23,370 nucleotides of DNA, from positions 1-23,370 of the forward strand of contig JBPCJY010000167.1 in the NCBI GenBank assembly GCA_051004815.1, given 5' to 3'. Positions 1 to 6,623 of this stretch are shown piece by piece. A program made the translations under genes and the position numbers. The notes beneath the pieces are model-generated. The model worked only from the letters and a program-made list of their open reading frames with translations, did no database searches and was not told the origin of the DNA. Within the stretch, counting starts at the first letter, position 1. The number at the start of each line of letters is the position of its first letter. Source of the stretch: Ktedonobacteraceae bacterium. Lineage in GTDB: Bacteria > Chloroflexota > Ktedonobacteria > Ktedonobacterales > Ktedonobacteraceae.

Positions 1-387
1 GAAATGGTACAATACTATCAAGGCAAACCTGCCAAGTTAGCAGAGGAACTGCGCTGGATGGGGATTGTCCTGCGTCGGGTCAAAACGCTACCACGCAGCG
101 CAAAGCGTGAGATTGAGGAGCGATTGAATATGTGGGACGATTTAATGGAGCGTGATCCCAAAATGAAAAAGATCCGCAAAGAGAGCGAAGCCAAAGGTCT
201 TGCAGAGGGGTTACAAAAAGCTGTCATCACGGTCGTGACCTTGCGCTTTCCGCCGCTCACGGAGTTGGCGCAACAGAAGGTTTCACGAGTACGTCACCCG
301 GACACGTTGAACCTGTTGCTCAAACAAGTGACGTCTGTTCCTGACGAGGAGGCGGTCCGTTTGCTCCTTGATGGCATTGCCGCCTAG
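1..387 (+). CDS. DUF4351 domain protein, the C-terminal module of Rpn-family PD-(D/E)XK putative transposase/recombination-promoting nuclease proteins. The ORF is open to the window edge, so the 5' end is probably missing.
   Basis: Translation ...KGLAEGLQKAVITVVTLRFPPLTELAQQKVSRVRHPDTLNLLLKQVTSVPDEEAVRLLLDGIAA matches the typical DUF4351 pattern. No stop codon lies before position 4, so the true start is likely upstream of the window. Confidence 0.55.
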   Translation, partial: EMVQYYQGKPAKLAEELRWMGIVLRRVKTLPRSAKREIEERLNMWDDLMERDPKMKKIRKESEAKGLAEGLQKAVITVVTLRFPPLTELAQQKVSRVRHPDTLNLLLKQVTSVPDEEAVRLLLDGIAA

Positions 388-466
388 AGAGTCAGACAGC
401 CAATAGTCAGGCAAGGTACAAAATTTGTAAGGAAAGCCACGCAGCACAGCTTCATAGAGAAGGTGT

Positions 467-2062
467 TCATCCGCCAGCCATCAGGTTATCGTCGGTAGGC
501 GGGCGGAATGTCCAATTGGGCGTGGCTGGCGTGCTGTCATCATACTGATCTACCTCGTCATATGGGAAGCCGCCACTGAATTGTTGCTCGACAGTGGCCT
601 GCTCTTCATACATAGCTGCTCGTGCAAACAGGACTTCGGCGGCTCGTGCTGCATCGAAGCTGGCCGTGCGGCTGGCTTCAGGATCGCTGGCAAAACGCTG
701 GAAATCCGCTGCTGTATGGCGAATAATGTCCGGGGAGGTGATCTTCCCTGCCTTTATCTGTTCATAGGCGTTGATAAGAACACTCTCTTTCGGCAATTTG
801 CCTGCCGTGGGCTGCTGCATAACGGGATTGGGCACTTGGCCCATCGTGGGCGGTGGCATAACCGGATTAGGCATTTTGATGGTTGTTGATGTCGCTCCCG
901 CTGGATTTCTATCTGACGCTATTTTAATCGGCGACTGCTGCGTCTGGAGAGGTGGTGCCGCCACCGGGTTTGTAGGTGGATGTAAATCTGATAGTTGATC
1001 GGTGATATCTTGCCCTGAGCCGCGTGGCGTCACTGTAATATCACGGATGTGAACCCAGTTGACGAGTACACCCCACGGAGCCACCTTATCCCTCATGCGT
1101 TGAAACAGGATCGTGTTGATACGTTCCCAGCGCGATTCTTCCGTCATGCCGGCATGATTCTGCGTTGTGATGTCTGGCTTTGAACGTAGGCTCTGCTGCC
1201 AGGTGATGAAATCGTCGGGTGTTAATTGATTTGAGATAGTCTGAAGCATAACCTCGAAGAGACTATGGAGCGACTCCTCCCACTCATCCACTTGCGTAGT
1301 AGCACCATAGGCGTCTTCCGGTATCAACTGATAGGAGATCATAGCTTTAAGGTGGACATCTTCATCACGCGAAATGGCAACCTGCTGCTCCGGGCATATC
1401 CATTGTCGTTCCCGTGTGTGCAGGTGGACATCAACCCATTCCCAAGGGAAGAGGAAATTGAGGCCGGGAAAGAGGGTGCGGCGATATTTTCCAAATGAGT
1501 AGACAATATCTACAGAACCCTCCGCTACCGGACGCATATATAAGCGGGCAATGATAGCACTGAGAATGATGAAGACGACGAAAAGCACGAGGGTAAGAAG
1601 AGGTCCAAAGGCTGCGAAACAACCTGCGAGGAGAAAGAGGAAGAAGCCGCCAATAATGCTAAGCGTCCAGTATACGTTGTTGGAACCAGCATAATACAGC
1701 ATCATGCATTGCAACACGGCGATCGCGAAGAAGCCCAGCCCAATCGCTGCCAGGTGTCCAGGGGAAAAGGAAGCCCTGGGTATCAGAGGCAAAACAATTA
1801 AGAAGGTGATACCGCCGAAAAGCAGCGGAGCCAGGATGGGAGAAAGTTGCTGCCCAAGTTGCTGTAGAAATTCAAAACGCGAGGAAGAAGGTCGAACCAT
1901 CCTATCTAATTCGTCGTCTGGGATGGCGGCAGGAGTGTCGTACATGGCCTCTGCTTCGTCCTGGTCATAGGGTTGCAGAGATTCATCCTCCCCTGCATCA
2001 TCCCAACCGAGCGCGTTGGAGTCACGCCATACTGCATTGGTGTTGTTCTGATCTGGTGACAT
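467..2062 (-). CDS. SPFH/band-7 (stomatin/prohibitin/flotillin-like) membrane protein with an acidic N-terminus, about 4 TM helices, an SPFH domain, a Pro/Gln-rich linker and a C-terminal domain of unknown function
   Basis: Hydrophobic helices at residues ~75-175. A band-7-like segment follows: VDIVYSFGKYRRTLFPGLNFLFPWEWVDVH...AISRDEDVHLKAMISYQLIPEDAY...NTILFQRMRDKVAPWGVLVNWVHIRDITV. ATG at 2062 is preceded by GGAGGAAGG. Confidence 0.7.
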   Translation of the reverse strand: MSPDQNNTNAVWRDSNALGWDDAGEDESLQPYDQDEAEAMYDTPAAIPDDELDRMVRPSSSRFEFLQQLGQQLSPILAPLLFGGITFLIVLPLIPRASFSPGHLAAIGLGFFAIAVLQCMMLYYAGSNNVYWTLSIIGGFFLFLLAGCFAAFGPLLTLVLFVVFIILSAIIARLYMRPVAEGSVDIVYSFGKYRRTLFPGLNFLFPWEWVDVHLHTRERQWICPEQQVAISRDEDVHLKAMISYQLIPEDAYGATTQVDEWEESLHSLFEVMLQTISNQLTPDDFITWQQSLRSKPDITTQNHAGMTEESRWERINTILFQRMRDKVAPWGVLVNWVHIRDITVTPRGSGQDITDQLSDLHPPTNPVAAPPLQTQQSPIKIASDRNPAGATSTTIKMPNPVMPPPTMGQVPNPVMQQPTAGKLPKESVLINAYEQIKAGKITSPDIIRHTAADFQRFASDPEASRTASFDAARAAEVLFARAAMYEEQATVEQQFSGGFPYDEVDQYDDSTPATPNWTFRPPTDDNLMAGG

Positions 2063-2116
2063 TTACCTTCCTCCATCTCATCAACAAGTGTGTGCGTATT
2101 TTCTGCCTAAAAATAA

Positions 2117-3145
2117 TCAAACTTGCGTACGCTTAATGCCACATGATCCACAGCCACCACCCTTACTACCACACTTTCCACCGCCGCCTGCGCCACAACT
2201 ACCGCACCCACCGCCAGTTTTGCCACAACTGCCGCATCCACCACCACTACTACTCCCGCTGCTACCGCACCCACCGCCAGTTTTGCCGCAACTGCCACAG
2301 CCGCCCTTGCCCATTTTTTCCGGCTCGTCCAGCCGATGCGCGGGTACCTGAATGGTAGCTCCGCTCTCTAACATCACCTCTACCGAGTTCTGCGGTACAT
2401 TGACAGCAACCACTTTGCCAGAGCCGCTGGGCGTATTGAGAAATGCACCGATTTGCGGCATGGATTGTTTGGCCTGAATATAGTTATCGTTTTCATAAGA
2501 GAGACAACAGAGCAAACGACCACATACACCGGAAATCTTCGCTGGATTAAGCGGCAATCCCTGCTCCTTTGCCATCTTGATAGAGATCACCCCAAAGTCC
2601 GCGATCCATGAACTACAGCACAGCGTTTTGCCGCATGGTCCCAGACCACCTTGCAACTTGGCCTGGTCACGCGCCCCGATCTGGCGCAGTTCGATGCGCG
2701 TACGAAAAGCGGTAGCCAGATCGCGCACCAGTGCGCGAAAGTCTACCCGTTCATCAGCCGTAAAATAAAAGGTCAGTCGGCTCCCATCGAACGTATACTC
2801 CGCCTCTACCAATTTCATGGGCAAAGCATGTTGTTTCACGCGCTCCGCACACTTGACCAGGGCTTCCTTTTCCTTCGCTTTGAACGAAAGCATCATCCGT
2901 AATTCGTCTTCGCTCGCCAGGCGCAATACTGGCTTGAGGGGATCCATCAGGTCACTTTCGGCCAACTTCTTAGAAGCAATGACCACGCGTCCCGCTTCCA
3001 CACCCCGTACTGTTTCAACGATGACATACTGGCCATTGATAAAAGATTGGCCCCGCGGATCAAAGTAATAGATACGTCCAGCCGGACGAAAACGAATACC
3101 AACAATGACAACAACGTTCTCTATACTTGTTGCTGAAACCATCAT
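2117..3145 (-). CDS. PSP1 C-terminal domain protein (RicT/YaaT-like) with an unusual ~70-aa Gly/Cys/Ser-rich C-terminal tail containing repeated CGSCG (CxxC) motifs
   Basis: Conserved PSP1 core: GIRFRPAGRIYYFDP...YVIVETVRGVEAGRVV...FRTRIELRQIGARD...GPCGKTLCC...ISGVCGRLLCCLSYE. The tail is GKGGCGSCGKTGGGCGSSGSSSGGGCGSCGKTGGGCGSCGAGGGGKCGSKGGGCGSCG. The gene ends 54 nt upstream of the SPFH gene start on the same strand, so the two are probably co-transcribed. Confidence 0.8.
   Translation of the reverse strand: MMVSATSIENVVVIVGIRFRPAGRIYYFDPRGQSFINGQYVIVETVRGVEAGRVVIASKKLAESDLMDPLKPVLRLASEDELRMMLSFKAKEKEALVKCAERVKQHALPMKLVEAEYTFDGSRLTFYFTADERVDFRALVRDLATAFRTRIELRQIGARDQAKLQGGLGPCGKTLCCSSWIADFGVISIKMAKEQGLPLNPAKISGVCGRLLCCLSYENDNYIQAKQSMPQIGAFLNTPSGSGKVVAVNVPQNSVEVMLESGATIQVPAHRLDEPEKMGKGGCGSCGKTGGGCGSSGSSSGGGCGSCGKTGGGCGSCGAGGGGKCGSKGGGCGSCGIKRTQV
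2165..2310. repeat. 63-bp in-frame tandem repeat (~2.3 copies) inside the 3' end of the PSP1 gene, encoding the GGCGSCGKTGG... tail
   Basis: ACCGCACCCACCGCCAGTTTTGCC occurs at 2201-2224 and again at 2264-2287 (period 63 = 21 codons), with related flanking copies. The other reading frames give the spurious Pro-rich ORFs 2088..2351 and 2143..2358. Confidence 0.85.
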
Positions 3146-3195
3146 TTTTTATATCTTTACCAGGCAAAGCAATGGTGTGGCGGCGTTGCCACAAT

Positions 3196-3768
3196 TTACA
3201 TTTCGTTCGTGAGTAAGATCGCTTCCGCGACCTCGCGCATGGATTTCCGGTTGTTCATGCTCGCCTTCTGAATTTTGCGGAACGCCTCCTGTTCGGTCAG
3301 TCCCTGCTTCTCCATCAGGAGTCCTTTGGCCCGTTCGACGACTTTGCGCGTTTCCAGTTGCTCTGAGAGGGTACGTGTTTTTTCTTCGAGGGCGCGGAAC
3401 TCATTGTAACGAGCAAGTGCCACTTCTATGGCTGGTGTCACTTCGCTTTCCCGCAGTGGTTTCACAATATAGTTGACCACTCCTGCCTCTTTAGCGCGTT
3501 CAACCAACTCTCCATCACCGAAGGCCGTGAGCAACAACACTGGTGCTATCTTCTCCTGGGTTAGCGTCTCGGCGGCGGCGATGCCGTCCATATCGGGCAT
3601 TCTTATATCCATGATGACCAGGTCTGGCCGTGTTTCGCGCGCCAGGTTGACTGCACTCAGTCCATCACCGGCCTCGCCTACAACCAGATAGCCCTGCTTG
3701 GTCAGCACATCTTTCAGGTCCATGCGCTGAATCGTTTCGTCATCAGCGATAATCACTCTTGTCGGCAT
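3196..3768 (-). CDS. Two-domain response regulator with a REC receiver and an ANTAR RNA-binding antiterminator domain (PdtaR/AmiR-like). Start trimmed to the internal ATG.
   Basis: REC domain: RVIIADDETIQRMDLKDVL...DLVIMDIRMPDMDG...VLLLTAF. ANTAR domain: VERAKGLLMEKQGLTEQEAFRKIQKASMNNRKSMREVAEAIL. ATG at 3768 (MPTRVIIADDE) is preceded by GAGGTGA 5 nt upstream. The longer 219-aa ORF has no RBS and 29 non-conserved residues. Confidence 0.85.
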   Translation of the reverse strand: MPTRVIIADDETIQRMDLKDVLTKQGYLVVGEAGDGLSAVNLARETRPDLVIMDIRMPDMDGIAAAETLTQEKIAPVLLLTAFGDGELVERAKEAGVVNYIVKPLRESEVTPAIEVALARYNEFRALEEKTRTLSEQLETRKVVERAKGLLMEKQGLTEQEAFRKIQKASMNNRKSMREVAEAILLTNEM

Positions 3769-3925
3769 ACGTATCACCTCTATTGTCCTCATCCAGCCCC
3801 GAGGCCGAATTTGCCAGTCCACATAACCAGTGCGGTCAATGAATACATTGCCCATGGTTCTGGGTGCTTACATATGAAGAGTATACCATACAATAGTACT
3901 TGAGTCGATATGTGCGCTTGCGTGC

Positions 3926-4992
3926 TTATGCCACATATGAGAGCTTCTTGTCTCCTGCCATCATTTGAGCCAGCAGACGAGTGTCATAGACGACCTTTGC
4001 TAATTGTTCGGCTGTAATCGACTGGCGACCATCACACAATGCACTATTGGGGTCGGGATGGACTTCAAGGATAAGCCCTTCTGCCCCGGCGGCAATGGCG
4101 GCACGCGACATCGTGGGAACGAGTTCACGTCGCCCTGTGGCATGGCTTGGGTCAACAATTACTGGTAGATAGGTCAGTTCGTGCAGCAGGGGAACGCAGG
4201 CCAGATCGAGGACATTGCGCGTTTGCGGGTCAAAACTACGAATTCCGCGCTCGCACAAAATGACGTGCGGATTGCCTGCCGCGACGATGTATTCCGCGGC
4301 CAGCAACCATTCGTCAATCGTGGCGGCCAGTCCGCGTTTGAGCATCACGGGGCGACGAGCAGCGTCTCGACCAGCAGCCAGCAGTAGCGGGAAATTCTGC
4401 ATGTTGCGACTGCCAATTTGCAAGATATCCGCGTATTGCGCCACTGTTCCCACCAACTCCGGTTCCATCACCTCGGTAATGACTGGTAGTCCGGTCAACT
4501 CGCGTGCCTCAGCCAGCAAGCGCAGCCCTTCAATCCCTAATCCCTGAAACTGGTAGGGCGACGTACGCGGCTTGTAGGCCCCGCCACGCAATACTTGAGC
4601 ACCTGCCGCTTTCACGGCTTGCGCAGTCTCCAGTAATTGCTCCCTATTTTCGACGGCACAAGGGCCAGCCATAATGAGCGGGGCCGCATGACTAATCGTC
4701 ACGGCGGTGCCACCAAGCGCGTCCCCCACCACCATACGGCTGTCAGCGGACAGAAAGGCGCGGCTGACTAACTTATAGGGCGTCTTTATTGGCGTGAGCC
4801 GCTCGACCGCTCGTTGTTGTGTAAGCAATAAGCGGGCTTGCTCATCACATTGGTTGCCATCCAGTGCAATCACCTCGTGACCATCAATATGGGTCGGCGT
4901 GATCGGGCGTTGGCTGCCAGTGATGCGACAAAGCAATGTCATAAGTTGGCCGCGTTCCTCGCTGCTGGCCTGGGTACGAATGCTGATAATCA
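3926..4992 (-). CDS. 3-deoxy-7-phosphoheptulonate (DAHP) synthase, type I-beta (KDOPS-like) with an N-terminal ferredoxin-like regulatory domain
   Basis: [15 protein letters not shown]...[19 protein letters not shown]...VITEVMEP...[11 protein letters not shown]...LKRG...DPSH is characteristic of I-beta DAHPS. ATG at 4992 (MIISIRTQ) has a GAGAGGA RBS 8 nt upstream. The ORF-track start at 5083 would read through the leader terminator. Confidence 0.9.
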
Positions 4993-5015
4993 TCAAAAAA
5001 GTCCTCTCTACTTTG

Positions 5016-5050
5016 GAACAAACAAAGAACAAACAAAGAACAAACAAAAA
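5016..5050. repeat. 11-bp tandem repeat AACAAACAAAG (two perfect copies plus one degenerate) in the DAHPS 5' UTR. On the mRNA it forms a U/pyrimidine-rich tract CUUUGUUUGUU x3 between the terminator and the RBS.
   Basis: Direct reading: 5016-5026 and 5027-5037 are identical; 5038-5050 is AACCAAACAAAAA. Confidence 0.8.
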
Positions 5051-5072
5051 AGCAGAGGTATAAACCTCTGCT
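5051..5072 (-). terminator. Intrinsic terminator-like hairpin (9-bp stem, 4-nt loop) followed on the minus strand by UUUUUUGUUUGUUCUUUG. It lies inside the DAHPS leader, about 60 nt upstream of the start codon, making it a candidate attenuator terminator.
   Basis: AGCAGAGGT-ATAA-ACCTCTGCT is a perfect inverted repeat at 5051-5072. The U-tract is only on the minus-strand side. No upstream minus-strand gene exists that it could terminate. Confidence 0.6.
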
Positions 5073-5075
5073 TTA

Positions 5076-5133
5076 TCCAGCATGATTGGTGATCATTTTT
5101 TGCTCAGCCTAAAAGGCCCACCATCATGCTGGA
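5076..5133 (-). promoter_or_regulatory. Leader RNA hairpin (15 bp with one bulge, enclosing 26 nt) directly abutting the terminator. Its 5' arm contains the stop codon of the leader peptide, so it is a candidate alternative (antiterminator or pause) structure of an attenuator.
   Basis: Plus-strand 5076-5091 TCCAGCATGATTGGTG pairs with 5119-5133 CACCATCATGCTGGA (RC = TCCAGCATGATGGTG). A possible 4-bp extension (5072-5075 with 5138-5141) would invade the terminator's 5' arm. Confidence 0.45.
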
Positions 5134-5192
5134 GGGCTAAACCAATACCAAAAACTGTATTGTTGGGTAATCGTTCTTTGTGAACTGAGCAT
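5124..5192 (-). CDS. Candidate 22-aa leader peptide MLSSQRTITQQYSFWYWFSPPA, with Tyr/Phe/Trp codons clustered as Y-S-F-W-Y-W-F, upstream of DAHP synthase
   Basis: Codon-by-codon reverse-complement of 5192..5124: ATG CTC AGT TCA CAA AGA ACG ATT ACC CAA CAA TAC AGT TTT TGG TAT TGG TTT AGC CCT CCA GCA TGA. Six of seven consecutive codons are aromatic. The stop lies in the hairpin arm and 132 nt before the DAHPS ATG. Only a weak GGA lies upstream of the ATG, which is typical of some leader peptides but lowers confidence. Confidence 0.5.
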   Translation of the reverse strand: MLSSQRTITQQYSFWYWFSPPA

Positions 5193-5291
5193 TTGATTAT
5201 TCCGTCTTATGGACCGACTGCTACGTCGGCGTATTACCTATTTTGATTATAGCGGGCGAATATGGTTGTGTCAAGGGGAAAACCGTAAAAT

Positions 5292-5393
5292 CAGATATTT
5301 GGAGAGAAGGGCTGTCATTCTTCGCGGCGCTCAGAATGACAGCCAGGACCCCTCTCCAGTCCGCTCACGGGAAGCCTTCTCTCCAAATATCTG
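5292..5393. repeat. Nested palindromic repeat (REP/MITE-like element) in the divergent ROK/DAHPS-leader intergenic region
   Basis: Outer 19-bp perfect inverted repeat CAGATATTTGGAGAGAAGG (5292-5310) / CCTTCTCTCCAAATATCTG (5375-5393). Inner inverted repeat GCTGTCATTCT (5311-5321) / AGAATGACAGC (5333-5343). It shares the core CGCTCAGAATGACAG with the element at 12619-12744. Confidence 0.85.
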
Positions 5394-5502
5394 GCGCAAA
5401 TTTGAATCTAGCGCAAAATATGGTATACTAATGCCGCTACCTCAGTTCGTTAGGATGGATCGTGCTAGAGCGATTGTAACTCGATCGGGGGAAAGAAAAG
5501 CC

Positions 5503-6597
5503 ATGTCTACACAGCATACTTCAGATTGGAATACTGGCCCTTCGGCATTCTCGGCGCAGCCGGGAAGTAAGAGGATCACAGGAAATTTGCTTGCGACACA
5601 GGGATACGTCGTTGGTGTGGAGATTAGCGGCAGCGGTTCACGTCAATCGGTGGCACTGGCAGACTTGAATGGTACCATACTGCACCGGGTACGACGCCCT
5701 TTAGAGTATGTTCCGAACGCGACAACGGTCTTGGAACTACTCGATGAAATGCTGTCCGAGGTTATGACGGCGGATCGCTTGCAAGATGGGCGCGTGTTGC
5801 GCGTCGGCGTTGCTGTCGGCGGGCTGGTTGATGCTGCCCAGGGCATCGTAAAAACGCTGCATCATGCTCATGGCTGGGATGACTTTCCCTTGCAGGATTA
5901 CCTGGAAGAAAAACTTGCTGTACCTTGCATAATTGATAATAACGCGAACGCGGCAGCACTGGCGGAGGTACAGTCAGGTGCGGCCTGTATCACCACCGAT
6001 GGCGGGTCACGCAAAAATGAGCGAGTCGTGCTGTACGTGGGATTGGGTAGGGGTATTGGTGGAGGACTGGTCGTTAATGGCAAGATTTACCATGGCGCGA
6101 CCTGCATGGCGGGTGAAATAGGACATGTGTTGGTCAAAGAAAACGGACCAAAGTGTTCTTGTGGTGGCTTTGGACACCTGGAGGCTATCGCCTCGGCACA
6201 GGCCATCTCCCGTAGCATGATCGGTCTCTCGATAGAATACCCGGAGACAGAGGCGGCAATTCGCCGGGTCACGGGCTCACGGGCCGAACGGATTACTGCC
6301 GAGCAAGTGTTTCAGCTTGCCGCGGAAGGCGACCCTATCGCACAGCACATTGTTGCTGATGTTACGAAATATCTGGGTATAGCCCTGGCAAATATCGTCT
6401 CTTTCATTAATCCCAGTTGCATTATTCTCGGCGGGCAGGTAGCGCAAGCGGGAACGTTACTGCTACAACCGCTCCAGGCACAGGTGAATGAATTGTGCTT
6501 GCCAGCTATTGGTCAACCAATACGTATTATCCAGGGGCAGCATGGTTCAGAGGCAAATATTGTAGGGGCGGTCACGCTGGCCCTACAGGATGTTTAG
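5503..6597 (+). CDS. ROK-family sugar kinase (glucokinase-like, no N-terminal HTH)
   Basis: GVEISGSGSRQSVALADLNGTIL..., DNNANAAALAE..., GLGRGIGGGLVVNG..., and the ROK zinc motif GHV...CSCGGFGHLEA. ATG at 5503 (MSTQHTS) follows GGGGGA. The ORF-track start at 5209 would translate the palindromic repeat and is rejected. Confidence 0.75.
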   Translation: MSTQHTSDWNTGPSAFSAQPGSKRITGNLLATQGYVVGVEISGSGSRQSVALADLNGTILHRVRRPLEYVPNATTVLELLDEMLSEVMTADRLQDGRVLRVGVAVGGLVDAAQGIVKTLHHAHGWDDFPLQDYLEEKLAVPCIIDNNANAAALAEVQSGAACITTDGGSRKNERVVLYVGLGRGIGGGLVVNGKIYHGATCMAGEIGHVLVKENGPKCSCGGFGHLEAIASAQAISRSMIGLSIEYPETEAAIRRVTGSRAERITAEQVFQLAAEGDPIAQHIVADVTKYLGIALANIVSFINPSCIILGGQVAQAGTLLLQPLQAQVNELCLPAIGQPIRIIQGQHGSEANIVGAVTLALQDV

Positions 6598-6623
6598 GAA
6601 CTTCTCAAGTTGCGAGGCACATT

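Noticed and set aside
2088-2358. Pro-rich and His/Arg-rich ORFs (2088..2351 +, 2143..2358 +, 2107..2298 -) with PPLLPH-type repeats
   Set aside because: These are alternative-frame shadows of the 63-bp tandem repeat inside the PSP1 gene. The PSP1 frame has the conserved domain upstream.
3146-3195. Possible terminator TGTGGC-ggcg-TTGCCACA after the ANTAR regulator gene
   Set aside because: It has a short stem with a G-U pair and no U-tract. The downstream PSP1 gene may be co-transcribed.
5016-5072. CRISPR array or T-box riboswitch in the DAHPS leader
   Set aside because: The repeats are an 11-bp microsatellite without spacers. No T-box consensus and no specifier loop were found, whereas the aromatic-rich leader peptide explains the architecture.
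4993-5083. Extended DAHPS N-terminus (ORF-track start 5083: [17 protein letters not shown]...)
   Set aside because: It would translate through the terminator hairpin and the 11-bp tandem repeat. A strong RBS precedes the internal ATG at 4992, and homologs begin near MIISIRTQ.
5209-5502. Long N-terminal extension of the ROK ORF (ORF-track start at 5209)
   Set aside because: This stretch is the in-frame translation of the nested palindromic repeat and the divergent promoter region. It has no RBS and no homology, and a good start with an RBS exists at 5503.
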